In this document: piece by piece, positions 1 through 9,752 of the stretch
Numbering within the stretch: the stretch's first letter is position 1
Layout: each line of letters opens with the position of its first letter
Origin: an uncultured Clostridia bacterium
GTDB taxonomy: Bacteria; Bacillota; Clostridia; TANB77; CAG-508
Direction of reading: 5' to 3'
Assembly (NCBI GenBank): GCA_944387495.1
Contig: CALXFD010000004.1
Span: 6,798-70,797 of the forward strand
DNA length: 64,000 bases
Notes under the pieces: model-generated
What the model was told of the DNA's origin: nothing
Databases searched by the model: none
The model's input: the letters and a program-made list of their open reading frames with translations, nothing else
Made by a program: the position numbers and the translations under genes

Positions 1-639
1 TTTTTTATATTCATGACAAGCACAAGAGGGATAGTAAAAGCAAATGGAATAGTAGTACCATTATTAATAATATTTATAATCTATGTTGGAATGAAAGTAT
101 TTGGAACAATAGATATTGAGAATATTAGTAATTATACAATAAAAAACAATAGTTTAAATTTTATAATAGAAAGTGTTTTATATAGTAGCTATAACAGTAT
201 ATTATTAATTCCAGTATTAATAACTTTAAGAGATTATTTAAAAAATAAAAAAATAATAAAATATGTATCAATATTAACTTTAATTATAATACTTTTACTT
301 ACATTAACAATATATATGTTACTACTAAAAGTAGATGTAAATATAAAAAATTTAGAAATGCCAGCAGTATATGTGGTCTCAAAAATATCAAATATCTTAT
401 CTAAAATGTATGGGGTTGTAATATTAAGTTCAATATTCACAACAAGCATATCCCTTGGAGGAAGTTTTTTACAAAATGTATCGTCAAACAAAAAAAGTTA
501 TACACAAATAGCTATAATTATGTGTATAACATCATTGCTAATTTCAAAAATTGGATTTTCAAATTTAGTAAATATTCTATATCCTATATTTGGATATTTA
601 GGATTAATACAAATATATAAAATAGTAAAAAAAGATTAA
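1..639 (+). CDS. polytopic membrane protein, C-terminal part (frame open to left window edge; YkvI/transporter-like is only a guess)
   Basis: No stop between nt 1 and the ATG at 13 in this frame; product is almost entirely hydrophobic helices. Confidence 0.5.
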   Translation, partial: FFIFMTSTRGIVKANGIVVPLLIIFIIYVGMKVFGTIDIENISNYTIKNNSLNFIIESVLYSSYNSILLIPVLITLRDYLKNKKIIKYVSILTLIIILLLTLTIYMLLLKVDVNIKNLEMPAVYVVSKISNILSKMYGVVILSSIFTTSISLGGSFLQNVSSNKKSYTQIAIIMCITSLLISKIGFSNLVNILYPIFGYLGLIQIYKIVKKD

Positions 640-710
640 GATACAAATAATCTTGCAATTTTCCCGCCATTATAGTAGAATAATGATAACCAAAGACAAG
701 GAGAGAAAAT

Positions 711-1892
711 ATGGAAGATTACTGGAACAGAGATGTTAAAGAAAAGAAGATAAATAAGAAAAAAATAATAATATCAATTGTAATATCAATAGTAGTTGTA
801 GCTTTAATAGTAATAATAGCTCTATATATGACAAATGTCCAAATAAGAGAATGGGTAGATACAAATATACTTAGAAAAGAAGTATTACAAGACAAAGTTG
901 CAACAATTGATTTAGAAGAAGAACAAAGTGCAAATGTGTATGCATTTAATAAATATATTGGAATTTTGAACAAAAATCAATTTAGCATATATGGAAATAA
1001 TGGAAATGAAGAAGCAAAATTGGAAATTACAATTACAAATCCAATATTTAATGCTGATAATAGATTTTTAGTAATAGGTGAATCAAACGGTCAAAAAATA
1101 TATTTATTAGAAGATAAACAAATAATATGGGAAAATTCAATAGAAGGAAATATTTCACAAATATATGTAAACGAAAATGGCTATGTAGCAGTAATTATAT
1201 CAGATGCGAGTTATAAAAGTGTAGTTTCAATGTTTGACCCAAAAGGTAATGAAATATTTAAAACTTTCTTATCATCAACAATGGCGATTGATGTTAGTAT
1301 TTCTAAGGATAACAAATATTTAGCAATAGCAGAAGTAGATACGTCTGGCACAATAATTCAGTCAAACATAAGAATAATGTCAATAGAAAAAGCTAAAACT
1401 GACCCAGAAAATGCAATAGAAAAAAATTACAAAAGCGAACAAGATAAATTAATCACAAATGTTAAATATCAAGCTCAAAATAAATTAATATGTATGTATA
1501 CTGACAAAATAACAATTATAGAAAATGAACAAGAAAATACACTAGTAGATAATAAAGACAAAAAAATAATTTCTCAATCAATAGAACTAGAAAATAATGC
1601 AGTATCGATAGAAGAAAAATCATCAGGGATTTTTTCAGCAGATTCTGTTGTAAATATAACAAATATTGATACAAAAGAAGTTAAACAATATACAGTAGAT
1701 TCTGTTGTAAAAGAAATATATACAAAGGATAATGTAGTAGCCTTAAATTTAGGAACAGAAATTGAATTTGTAAGTACAAATGGATGGCTTATAAAAAGAT
1801 ATATTGCAAACCAGGAAATAACAAATGTAACAGTAGCAAATAATATAGCTGGAATAATTTATAGAGATAAAATAGAAATAATTAATTTATAG
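711..1892 (+). CDS. membrane-anchored protein of unknown function (single N-terminal TM, beta-rich ectodomain; DUF5711-like by recollection)
   Basis: GGAGAG RBS 7 nt upstream; K-rich N-terminus followed by TM IISIVISIVVVALIVIIALY; long clean ORF. Confidence 0.5.
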   Translation: MEDYWNRDVKEKKINKKKIIISIVISIVVVALIVIIALYMTNVQIREWVDTNILRKEVLQDKVATIDLEEEQSANVYAFNKYIGILNKNQFSIYGNNGNEEAKLEITITNPIFNADNRFLVIGESNGQKIYLLEDKQIIWENSIEGNISQIYVNENGYVAVIISDASYKSVVSMFDPKGNEIFKTFLSSTMAIDVSISKDNKYLAIAEVDTSGTIIQSNIRIMSIEKAKTDPENAIEKNYKSEQDKLITNVKYQAQNKLICMYTDKITIIENEQENTLVDNKDKKIISQSIELENNAVSIEEKSSGIFSADSVVNITNIDTKEVKQYTVDSVVKEIYTKDNVVALNLGTEIEFVSTNGWLIKRYIANQEITNVTVANNIAGIIYRDKIEIINL

Positions 1893-1904
1893 GGGGAAAA
1901 CATT

Positions 1905-2516
1905 ATGAATTTTGTAGTAGATATAATAATTGTATTAATTATTGTAATTTCTGCATTATTAGCATATAGAAAAGGACTAATATCATTATCAGTACAGTTA
2001 TTAGCAACAATAATTTCTATATTAATAATTATTGTAATATATAAACCAGTATCAAATTTAATAATTAATACAACAGGAATAGATGAATACATACAAAACG
2101 GAATTTTAGAAAAGGTAACAGATGTTGTTGAACAAGATAAAGAAAATAACAATCAAATAGTAGAGACAATAGAAAATGGAATGTTACCAGAAACTGCACG
2201 AAATTTATCAATAGACATAGTTCAAGGTGGAGTAATATTAATTTTATATATCTTACTTAGAATAGCACTAAGATTTGTAACAGGACTTGTGAACATAGTT
2301 GCAAAAGTACCAATTATTAAACAAATTAATAAATTAGGTGGAGTACTATATGGAATTATAAGAGGGATATTACTAGTATATGTAATATTACTACTTGTAA
2401 ATTTATCAGGAAATATCAATTCTAATAATACAGTATATAAATCAGTAGAAAGCTCAACACTAGGAAAATTCATGAATGAAAATAACCTAATAGCAATGGC
2501 TTTTAAATGGGAATAA
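1905..2516 (+). CDS. CvpA-family membrane protein
   Basis: Four hydrophobic segments; N-terminus MNFVVDIIIVLIIVISALLAYRKGLI is typical of CvpA (colicin V production) family; GGGGG RBS. Confidence 0.6.
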   Translation: MNFVVDIIIVLIIVISALLAYRKGLISLSVQLLATIISILIIIVIYKPVSNLIINTTGIDEYIQNGILEKVTDVVEQDKENNNQIVETIENGMLPETARNLSIDIVQGGVILILYILLRIALRFVTGLVNIVAKVPIIKQINKLGGVLYGIIRGILLVYVILLLVNLSGNINSNNTVYKSVESSTLGKFMNENNLIAMAFKWE

Positions 2517-2605
2517 TTGTAATAATATAAATTTGTCTGTATTTGTTGATTTTTGAAATCAAATTTGCTATACTATTAACATGAGTTTTTTAGGAGTGGA
2601 TTTTA

Positions 2606-3970
2606 GTGAAAAATAATAAAACAAACAATCAGAAAAAGGGGAAAAATAAGAAACCAAAGAAAAAAATGTCAGCATTTAAAAAAGTTGTATTAGTATTATT
2701 ACTTATAATATTAATTGCAGGAGGAGTATTTGCATACAAATGGCATAAAAATGGTGGAGGACTAAGTGGAATGCTAGCAACAGTAGTAGGACATGATGAA
2801 AACACCAAAAAAAGTTTAGGAGAATTCCAAGTATTAATAATGGGGGTTAGTACAGACCAAGCAGGAGTAGATTTAACAGATACAATAATGGTAGCTTCAT
2901 ATGACCCAAATAAACAAGATGCAGTGTTACTATCAATACCAAGGGATTCATATACAGGAAGTAATCCTAAAAAGGCAACAGCAGATAAGAAAATTAATGC
3001 ATTATATAATATAACAAAAGACCCAGAAGAAACACTAGATGCAGTTAACGAATTAACAGGACTAGACATACAATATTATGCAGTAGTAAAAACAGAAGCA
3101 TTAATTGAATTAGTAGATGCAATTGGACCAATAGAATATAATGTACCAATAGATATGGATTATGATGATGTAACACAAGATTTACATATTCATTTAAAAG
3201 CTGGCGTTCAAGAAATAGATGGGGAAAAAGCTGAACAACTTTTAAGATTTAGGCATAACAATGATGGAACAAGTTATCCTTCTGAATATGGAGATAATGA
3301 TATAGGTAGAATGAGAACACAAAGAGAATTCATTACAGCAGTAGTTGAACAAACAGTAAAACTTGAAAATATAACAAAATTAGGTTCTATATTAGATATT
3401 GCTAATAGAAACTTAATAACAAATATAAACTTTAATACATTAAAAGATTATTTACCATATGCAGTAGAATTTAGTACAGAGAACTTAAAAACAGCATCAT
3501 TACCAGGAAGCGTACCAGATTTACGACAAACAAATAATGTTAGTATATTTGTTGTAGATGAGGAAGAAACAGAGCAATTAGTTCAAGAATTATTTTATCC
3601 TGAACAATTAGAAGAAGAACAAAATGCAAATACAACAAATGAAACAAGTACATCTACAAATAGTACAAATACAACAAGTAGTAGTAAAACAAAAACAAAA
3701 TCAGATATAAAAATAGAAGTTTTAAATGGAAGCGGAAGTAGTAAAACATTACAAAATGTAATAGATGATTTAAAACAAAAAGGATATAATGTATCAAAAA
3801 CTGGTACAACAAATACTACAAGCAAAACTACAATTATAAATAAAAAAGATGTAAGTAGCACAATAATGCAAGATATAGAACAAGTTTTAGGAATAGGAAC
3901 AGTACAAGATAGTGAAGCAAATTCAAGTAAAGTAGATGTTACAATTATAATAGGAAAAGATTATAAATAA
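2606..3970 (+). CDS. LCP (LytR-CpsA-Psr) family cell-wall glycopolymer ligase with C-terminal LytR_C-like domain
   Basis: GTG start after AGGAGTGG; TM anchor; LCP core FQVLIMGVSTDQ..DTIMVASYDPNKQDAVLLSIPRDSY; S/T-rich linker; IKIEVLNGSGSSKTLQNV C-domain. Confidence 0.8.
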   Translation: MKNNKTNNQKKGKNKKPKKKMSAFKKVVLVLLLIILIAGGVFAYKWHKNGGGLSGMLATVVGHDENTKKSLGEFQVLIMGVSTDQAGVDLTDTIMVASYDPNKQDAVLLSIPRDSYTGSNPKKATADKKINALYNITKDPEETLDAVNELTGLDIQYYAVVKTEALIELVDAIGPIEYNVPIDMDYDDVTQDLHIHLKAGVQEIDGEKAEQLLRFRHNNDGTSYPSEYGDNDIGRMRTQREFITAVVEQTVKLENITKLGSILDIANRNLITNINFNTLKDYLPYAVEFSTENLKTASLPGSVPDLRQTNNVSIFVVDEEETEQLVQELFYPEQLEEEQNANTTNETSTSTNSTNTTSSSKTKTKSDIKIEVLNGSGSSKTLQNVIDDLKQKGYNVSKTGTTNTTSKTTIINKKDVSSTIMQDIEQVLGIGTVQDSEANSSKVDVTIIIGKDYK

Positions 3971-3976
3971 AAAAGG

Positions 3977-4012
3977 GGCAGAAGATTTAATCTAAATCAT
4001 CTGCCTTTTTTT
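3977..4012 (+). terminator. hairpin plus T-run between convergent LCP and carboxypeptidase genes
   Basis: ggcagaagattta / taaatcatctgcc stem (1 mismatch) followed by ttttttt; overlaps last codons of the minus-strand gene. Confidence 0.55.
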
Positions 4013-5246
4013 GTTTCTTTCTAAATAAAATTAAATATGTCATAATTAATAAAAACATGATAAAAACTATTTTAGCAATAAAACTTAATAACTTAGATGT
4101 TTCTACATTATGTGTAGCAACTAAATTAACTTCATAAGATACTCCATCAATATTATATATTGCTTTTCCCAAAACATCACCTTGCGAAATTGGAGCTAAA
4201 ATATTATTATCTAACTTAATTTCTGGAATATAATTTGTATCTTTATCTGAATTTTTAACAAGAGCATTAATACTATTACTAAATGCTAAATCTAATTTTT
4301 TTGTATCTGGTGACCCATTAGCAACATCAATTTGTTCTAATATATCTCCTTCATTTACAATATTTTTTAAAGAAAAATTATTAAATCCATATTCATATAA
4401 TAATTTTGATTCAGTAAACCTAGTAGAAACACCATTTATTTTAGTACCACCCAAAACTACACAAGTTAATTCTATATTATCTTTATAAGCACATGAAACT
4501 AAACATTCACCAGCCTCTGTTGTAAATCCTGTTTTACCAACTGTAACATAACTATAATAATTTTCATTATTAGGTACAATTAAATCATTTGTAGAAACAT
4601 AGCTTCTAGGTTCATGTTTATTAGTAGCAGGAATAGAACAAGAAGCACTGCCAGCTAATCTTCTAAAATCCTCATTTTTAATGCAATATTGCATAAGAAT
4701 TGCTAAATCGTGTGCAGTTGTGTAATGATTAGGGTCTTGTAATCCATATGTGTTAGTATAATGAGTATTAGTAAGACCTAAGTTACTAGCCTTTGTATTC
4801 ATCATAGATACAAAACTGTCAACAGAACCTCCAATATATTCTCCAAGAACATTTGAAGCGTCATTTGCAGAATGAACTAATATTAATTGAAGTAATTGTT
4901 CAACAGTTAATTGTTCTTCACCATCAATATTTGCTTTAACATATCCATCTGGGATAGACATGACTGCATCATAACTTGCAGTTACAACTTCATCTAATTT
5001 ACAATTTTCTAATGCTAAAATAGCAGTCATAATTTTAGTTGTACTAGCAGGAAACATTTTTTCATCTGCATTTTTACTGTATAAAACTTTATTTGTAGAA
5101 TTATCCACTAAAATAGCTGCTTTTGATTGCAAAGTAGGTTCTTCACTATCAGCATAAACAAAATTATAACTAAATAATGTTACAAATATGAAAATAAAAA
5201 ATAAAATTAAAAATCTTTTTATATCTTTACTTAAAATATATTTCAT
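3987..5246 (-). CDS. D-alanyl-D-alanine carboxypeptidase (PBP5/DacB-type low-MW PBP) with C-terminal membrane anchor
   Basis: SxxK (PASTTKIM), SxN (HSANDA) and KTG (GKTGFT) motifs in canonical order; signal peptide; C-terminal TM. Confidence 0.85.
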   Translation of the reverse strand: MKYILSKDIKRFLILFFIFIFVTLFSYNFVYADSEEPTLQSKAAILVDNSTNKVLYSKNADEKMFPASTTKIMTAILALENCKLDEVVTASYDAVMSIPDGYVKANIDGEEQLTVEQLLQLILVHSANDASNVLGEYIGGSVDSFVSMMNTKASNLGLTNTHYTNTYGLQDPNHYTTAHDLAILMQYCIKNEDFRRLAGSASCSIPATNKHEPRSYVSTNDLIVPNNENYYSYVTVGKTGFTTEAGECLVSCAYKDNIELTCVVLGGTKINGVSTRFTESKLLYEYGFNNFSLKNIVNEGDILEQIDVANGSPDTKKLDLAFSNSINALVKNSDKDTNYIPEIKLDNNILAPISQGDVLGKAIYNIDGVSYEVNLVATHNVETSKLLSFIAKIVFIMFLLIMTYLILFRKKQKKADDLD

Positions 5247-5389
5247 CTTAAAACTCCTAGTAATTTATGTATTTAGCATATAATACTATATAGCATTTTT
5301 CTAAATTTTTCAATCATTTTTTCTATAAATTTACAAATATAACAAAAATTCGTCAAATTTTATATATATCTAAGAAAGGAGAGGTATAA

Positions 5390-6031
5390 ATGCAAAAATT
5401 AAAAAAAGAGCAAAAAATAAAAATAGCAATAACCTTATTTGTTATTATAATAGCAATTTTTTACTATATATATTCACAAAATCAAAAAGAAATATTTTTT
5501 GAAGAAAGTAAACAAGAAAATGAAGTACAAGAAAAAACAGAAGAAACAGAAAATAAAAAAATAATTGTACATGTTTCAGGTGCTGTAAAAAATGAGGGGA
5601 TAGTTGAACTAGAAGAGGGAGCAAGAGTAGCTAATGCAATAGAAAAAGCAGGAGGAGTAAGAGATGATGCATATACCAAAGACATTAATTATGCTTTAAA
5701 ACTAGAAGATGGAATGAAGATTTATGTACCTACAATAGAAGAAACTAAACAGGAAAAAGAAGAAGTAAATATTAATAGCGAAAGTTCAAATTACATTATT
5801 TCATCTAATAACACTAAAACAAACGAAAACTCTAATGGGCAAAAGGTCAATATAAATAATGCAGATGAAAGTAAATTAGATGAATTACCAGGAGTAGGAC
5901 CATCAACAGCGCAGAAAATCATTCAATATAGAAAAGAAAATGGTGAGTTTAAGAGTATAGATGAACTAAAAAATGTAAGTGGAATAGGAGAAGCAAAATT
6001 TCAAAAAATTAAAGATTTAATTTGTGTATAG
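5390..6031 (+). CDS. comEA: competence protein ComEA (SLBB plus helix-hairpin-helix DNA receptor)
   Basis: N-terminal TM; IIVHVSGAVKNEGIVELEEGARVANAIEKAGG (SLBB-like); C-terminal HhH pair LDELPGVGPSTAQKII..LKNVSGIGEAKFQKI. Confidence 0.8.
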   Translation: MQKLKKEQKIKIAITLFVIIIAIFYYIYSQNQKEIFFEESKQENEVQEKTEETENKKIIVHVSGAVKNEGIVELEEGARVANAIEKAGGVRDDAYTKDINYALKLEDGMKIYVPTIEETKQEKEEVNINSESSNYIISSNNTKTNENSNGQKVNINNADESKLDELPGVGPSTAQKIIQYRKENGEFKSIDELKNVSGIGEAKFQKIKDLICV

Positions 6032-6063
6032 GAAAAGAATAGCCGAAATTTGCAAGAAAAGTA

Positions 6064-6108
6064 TTGACAAAAATACAGAATTGTTTTAAAATGTTAGCGT
6101 AAACTAAC
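6064..6108 (+). promoter_or_regulatory. sigma-A-type promoter with adjacent palindromic operator upstream of the DtxR-family gene
   Basis: TTGACA (6064-6069), 17-nt spacer, TAAAAT (6087-6092), then inverted repeat GTTAG-cgtaaa-CTAAC (6093-6108) before GAGGAGG RBS. Confidence 0.5.
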
Positions 6109-6123
6109 AAGAGGAGGAAAGTT

Positions 6124-6585
6124 ATGAAATTAACTAATTCGCAAGAAGAATATTTAAAAACAATATATTTGTTAGAAAAAAATAATAATAAAGTACGTGT
6201 TACAGATATTGCACAAAAGTTAAAAATAACTAAACCAAGTGTAAATAGAGCAATAAAAACATTAAGGGACATGGGACTTATTGAATATGAAGTATATGGA
6301 GATATTGCTTTTACTTATGAAGGCAAAGAAATTGCAAAAGATATTATTAAAAAATATGATATTATAAAAATGTTTTTAACAGATATCTTAGAAATTGAAG
6401 AAAGACAAGCTGAGGAAGAAGCCAAGTCAATGAAATATGCAATATCGGAAAACACTGCTAAAAAATTAGAGGATTATATTAGCAAAATAATGAATTTAGG
6501 AGATTTAGATTGTGACTATGATGAAAATAATCCAAAATGTAGAGACTGTGTAAAGATTACTGCAAAAAATAGATTAAAAAAATAG
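6124..6585 (+). CDS. DtxR/MntR-family metal-dependent transcriptional repressor
   Basis: N-terminal winged helix SQEEYLKTIYLLEKNNNKVRVTDIAQKLKITKPSVNRAIKTL typical of the family; Cys-rich tail CDYDENNPKCRDC. Confidence 0.8.
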   Translation: MKLTNSQEEYLKTIYLLEKNNNKVRVTDIAQKLKITKPSVNRAIKTLRDMGLIEYEVYGDIAFTYEGKEIAKDIIKKYDIIKMFLTDILEIEERQAEEEAKSMKYAISENTAKKLEDYISKIMNLGDLDCDYDENNPKCRDCVKITAKNRLKK

Positions 6586-6620
6586 GTTTATAGGTAAAAC
6601 CTTTATTAAAAAACCTAAAT
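6584..6620 (+). promoter_or_regulatory. leader motif copy A: small hairpin plus A-rich tail with pseudoknot potential
   Basis: AGGTTT(6584-6589)/AAACCT(6597-6602) stem, loop ATAGGTA; loop TAGGT can pair with ACCTA(6613-6617) after an A-tract; near-identical copy at 10997-11030. Confidence 0.4.
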
Positions 6621-6677
6621 ATATTAAGCAAGGAGTATATGATTATTTAAGAAATTAAATATATCATAAAAAAGATT

Positions 6678-7388
6678 ATGATTTTAGAATTAAAAGATAT
6701 ATATTTTGAAAGAGATAATAAAAAAATATTAAACAACATAAATTTAAACATAGAACTAGGAAAATTTATAGCAATTACAGGACCAAATGGTTCAGGAAAA
6801 TCAACATTAGCAAAAATAATAATGGGAATAGAAAAACCAGATAAAGGACAAATAATATTTGACGGAAAAGACATTACAAATATGTCTATAAACGAAAGAG
6901 CAAATTTAGGAATAAGCTTTGGTTTTCAACAACCAGTTAAATTTAAAGGAATAACAGTATATGATTTGCTAAAAATAGCTGCTAAAAAGAAAATTACAAA
7001 AAAAGAAGCATGTGAAGCATTATCAAAAGTAGGCTTATGTGCAAAAGAATATGTAGATAGAGAAGTTAATGGTTCGCTATCAGGAGGAGAGCTAAAAAGA
7101 ATAGAAATAGCAACAGTAGCATTAAGACAAACAAAATTAACAATATTTGATGAACCAGAAGCAGGAATAGATTTATGGAGTTTTAATAATTTAATAGAGA
7201 TTTTCGAAGATATGGGAGAATTAATAAAAGGAACAACATTAATAATATCACATCAAGAAAAAATCTTAAAAATAGCAGATGAAATAATCTTAATGAAATC
7301 AGGAAAAATTCAAAAAAGAGGAACAAGCAAAGAAATATTAGAAGATGAAATAGAAGACAAAAAATGCTGTAAATTAATTAAAGAATAG
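6678..7388 (+). CDS. sufC: SufC-like ABC ATPase (Fe-S cluster assembly)
   Basis: Walker A GPNGSGKST, signature LSGGELKR, Walker B TIFDEPEAGID, H-loop IISHQEK; no TM partner; followed by SufB/D-family gene. Confidence 0.8.
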   Translation: MILELKDIYFERDNKKILNNINLNIELGKFIAITGPNGSGKSTLAKIIMGIEKPDKGQIIFDGKDITNMSINERANLGISFGFQQPVKFKGITVYDLLKIAAKKKITKKEACEALSKVGLCAKEYVDREVNGSLSGGELKRIEIATVALRQTKLTIFDEPEAGIDLWSFNNLIEIFEDMGELIKGTTLIISHQEKILKIADEIILMKSGKIQKRGTSKEILEDEIEDKKCCKLIKE

Positions 7389-7420
7389 ACATTATAGTAA
7401 TTGAAATAAATCATAAGCAA

Positions 7421-7535
7421 AAAAAGACAACAGATGAAATAATTTTAAGGAAATCATGTAAAATCTAAAAAGAGGAACAAGCCAGTAATATCAGAAAATG
7501 AAGTAAAGGCAAAAAAATATGCTACTATTAGATAA
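7421..7535 (+). repeat. degenerate tandem duplicate of the sufC-like 3' end (7269-7388)
   Basis: ~80% identity by eye, e.g. aaaaagaggaacaagc shared; second copy carries stops. Confidence 0.6.
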
Positions 7536-7651
7536 TTAAAATAAAAGCAAAACATATTATAAATAAACATAAAAATAAATTATTAGTAAATAAAAATTAC
7601 AGAAATTTAATTACAAAAATATATGAATATATTTTTGGGAAAGGAATATTA

Positions 7652-8584
7652 ATGCAAGACAATAAATTAAATGATATAGACAAAAATCTATTAAACGAAG
7701 TATCTAACCTAGATAATCTAGAAAAAGGAGCATACAATATTAGAAAAAACGGAGAAGGAATAGAAAGACATGTTACAGAAAACATAAATATTGTGCCAAA
7801 AAAAGATTTACCAGGAATAGATATATATGTAAAAGAAAACACAAAATTTGAATTTATACATATACCAGTAATCATAACTCAAAGTGGATTAAATGATTTA
7901 GTATATAATGACTTTTACATTGGAAAAAATGCAAATGTAATAATAATAGCTGGATGTGGAATACATAATGACCATCACGCAAATTCACAACATGATGGTA
8001 TTCACAGATTTTATCTAGAAGAAGGAGCAAAAGTAAAATACATAGAAAAACACTATGGAGAAGGAAATGGTGATGGAAAAAGAATACTAAACCCAGTAAC
8101 AGAAGTATACTTAAAAAACGGAAGTAGCATGGAAATGGATAGTGTACAAATAAAAGGAGTAGATTCTACAATAAGAGAAACAAAAGGAGTTTTAGCCGAA
8201 AATACAAATTTTGTAGTAACAGAAAAAATAATGACACATGGAAACCAAACAGCAAAAACAACATTTGATGTAGAATTAAATGGAGAAAATTCAAGTACAC
8301 ATGTAACATCAAGATCAGTAGCAGCAGACAATTCAAAACAAGAATTTGTATCAAAAATATATGGAAATGAAAAATGTTTTGCACATAGTGAATGTGATGC
8401 AATAATAAAAGACAATGCAATAGTAACAGCAACACCAGAAATAACAGCAAACAATGTAGAAGCAAACCTAATACATGAAGCAGCAATAGGAAAGATTGCA
8501 GGGGAACAACTAACAAAATTAATGACACTAGGATTATCTGAAAAAGAAGCAGAAGAAGAAATAATAAATGGATTTTTAAGGTAA
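7652..8584 (+). CDS. SufB/SufD-family Fe-S assembly scaffold protein
   Basis: C-terminal hallmark EANLIHEAAIGKIAGEQLTKLMTLGLSEKEAEEEIINGFL; beta-helix-like repeats; pairs with the SufC-like gene. Confidence 0.75.
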   Translation: MQDNKLNDIDKNLLNEVSNLDNLEKGAYNIRKNGEGIERHVTENINIVPKKDLPGIDIYVKENTKFEFIHIPVIITQSGLNDLVYNDFYIGKNANVIIIAGCGIHNDHHANSQHDGIHRFYLEEGAKVKYIEKHYGEGNGDGKRILNPVTEVYLKNGSSMEMDSVQIKGVDSTIRETKGVLAENTNFVVTEKIMTHGNQTAKTTFDVELNGENSSTHVTSRSVAADNSKQEFVSKIYGNEKCFAHSECDAIIKDNAIVTATPEITANNVEANLIHEAAIGKIAGEQLTKLMTLGLSEKEAEEEIINGFLR

Positions 8585-8717
8585 AATATTAATAAAATTA
8601 ATTAATTGTAAAAAATTTATTAAATTAGCAAGAATGTAAAATTAAATTAAAAAGTATTTCTAAATAAATTATAGTATGATATAATAAAACTAGATTTATT
8701 TAGGAGAAGATGTATGT

Positions 8718-9731
8718 GTGAGAAGAGGAAAACATGCTAAAACAAGGGCTATAAAAATTCAATTTATGCCATATTCTAAAAGGAAAAAGAAAGTTCATTA
8801 TAAAAATATAGTATTTTTATTAGCAGTAATTATAATAATTATTGCATGTATAAAAATGCCTAAAAACAATGAAGAACAAACACAAGAAGCAAAAAGGCAA
8901 GAAGAAATAGCCCAAAATAAGGACAACCAAAATAATGCAGAAGAAGAAACAGCAGAAAATCAAACAATAGAAACAGCAAATGAACAAGTACAAACAATAG
9001 ACAATAATGTAGCAAGTCTAATAGAACAAATAAGAACAACAAATAACTTAAATGAAAATAATTTTGCATTTTTCTTTTTAAACTTAGACAATAACCAATA
9101 TTACTATTACAATGAAAATAAATATTTTAAAGCAGCAAGCACAATAAAAGTTCCAGTAGCAATGATATATTATGACAAAATAGCAAATGGAGAACTAAAA
9201 AAAGAAGACAAATTAACATATCATCAAGACGATTATGAAGAAGGAAATGGCTCAACATCTGCACGATACAATGTAGGAGATGGTGTACCAATATCATTTT
9301 TGCTAGAACAATCAATTGTAAATAGTGATAACACATCCAATAATATATTAATAAATAATTTAGGATATGAAGAATATAGAAAACAAATAGCTAAATATTC
9401 ACAAGAAAATTTAATAGAACAATTTTATGATGAAAACATAGAAACACCAGCATATTGTTTAGATGTATTGCAATATTTAGAACAAAATTCTAACAAATAT
9501 GCAGAACTAATAGAATTAATGAAAAAATCATCAGAAGGACTATACCTAAAACAAAATATCAGCCAATATGAAATAGCACACAAATATGGAAGCTATGAAA
9601 ACTATGTACATGACTATGGGATTATTTATGGAAAAAATACATATTTAGTAGGAGTATTTACACAAGGAGTTAGTGAAGCAGATCAATTAATAGCTAAAAT
9701 AGCAGAAGAAATAATAAAAGAAGTTGAATAA
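8718..9731 (+). CDS. membrane-anchored serine hydrolase (class A beta-lactamase-like fold)
   Basis: SxxK (AASTIKV) and SDN (VNSDNT) motifs; N-terminal TM; start codon uncertain (GTG 8718). Confidence 0.6.
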   Translation: MRRGKHAKTRAIKIQFMPYSKRKKKVHYKNIVFLLAVIIIIIACIKMPKNNEEQTQEAKRQEEIAQNKDNQNNAEEETAENQTIETANEQVQTIDNNVASLIEQIRTTNNLNENNFAFFFLNLDNNQYYYYNENKYFKAASTIKVPVAMIYYDKIANGELKKEDKLTYHQDDYEEGNGSTSARYNVGDGVPISFLLEQSIVNSDNTSNNILINNLGYEEYRKQIAKYSQENLIEQFYDENIETPAYCLDVLQYLEQNSNKYAELIELMKKSSEGLYLKQNISQYEIAHKYGSYENYVHDYGIIYGKNTYLVGVFTQGVSEADQLIAKIAEEIIKEVE

Positions 9732-9752
9732 AAACTATTCAACTTCTTTTTT
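9720..9752. terminator. bidirectional hairpin between convergent genes
   Basis: gaagttgaata / tattcaacttc perfect stem followed by tttttt. Confidence 0.55.

Noticed and set aside
2629-3861. Minus-strand ORFs (146 and 88 aa) within the LCP gene
   Set aside because: Shadow ORFs; the plus-strand product has the LCP signature.
6584-6620. Calling the leader motif a preQ1-I riboswitch
   Set aside because: The overall shape fits (5-6-bp stem, A-tract, CCTA tail pairing with loop TAGG). But the 7-nt loop has no cytosine to recognise preQ1, and neither downstream gene is a queuosine gene. It is kept as an unclassified element.
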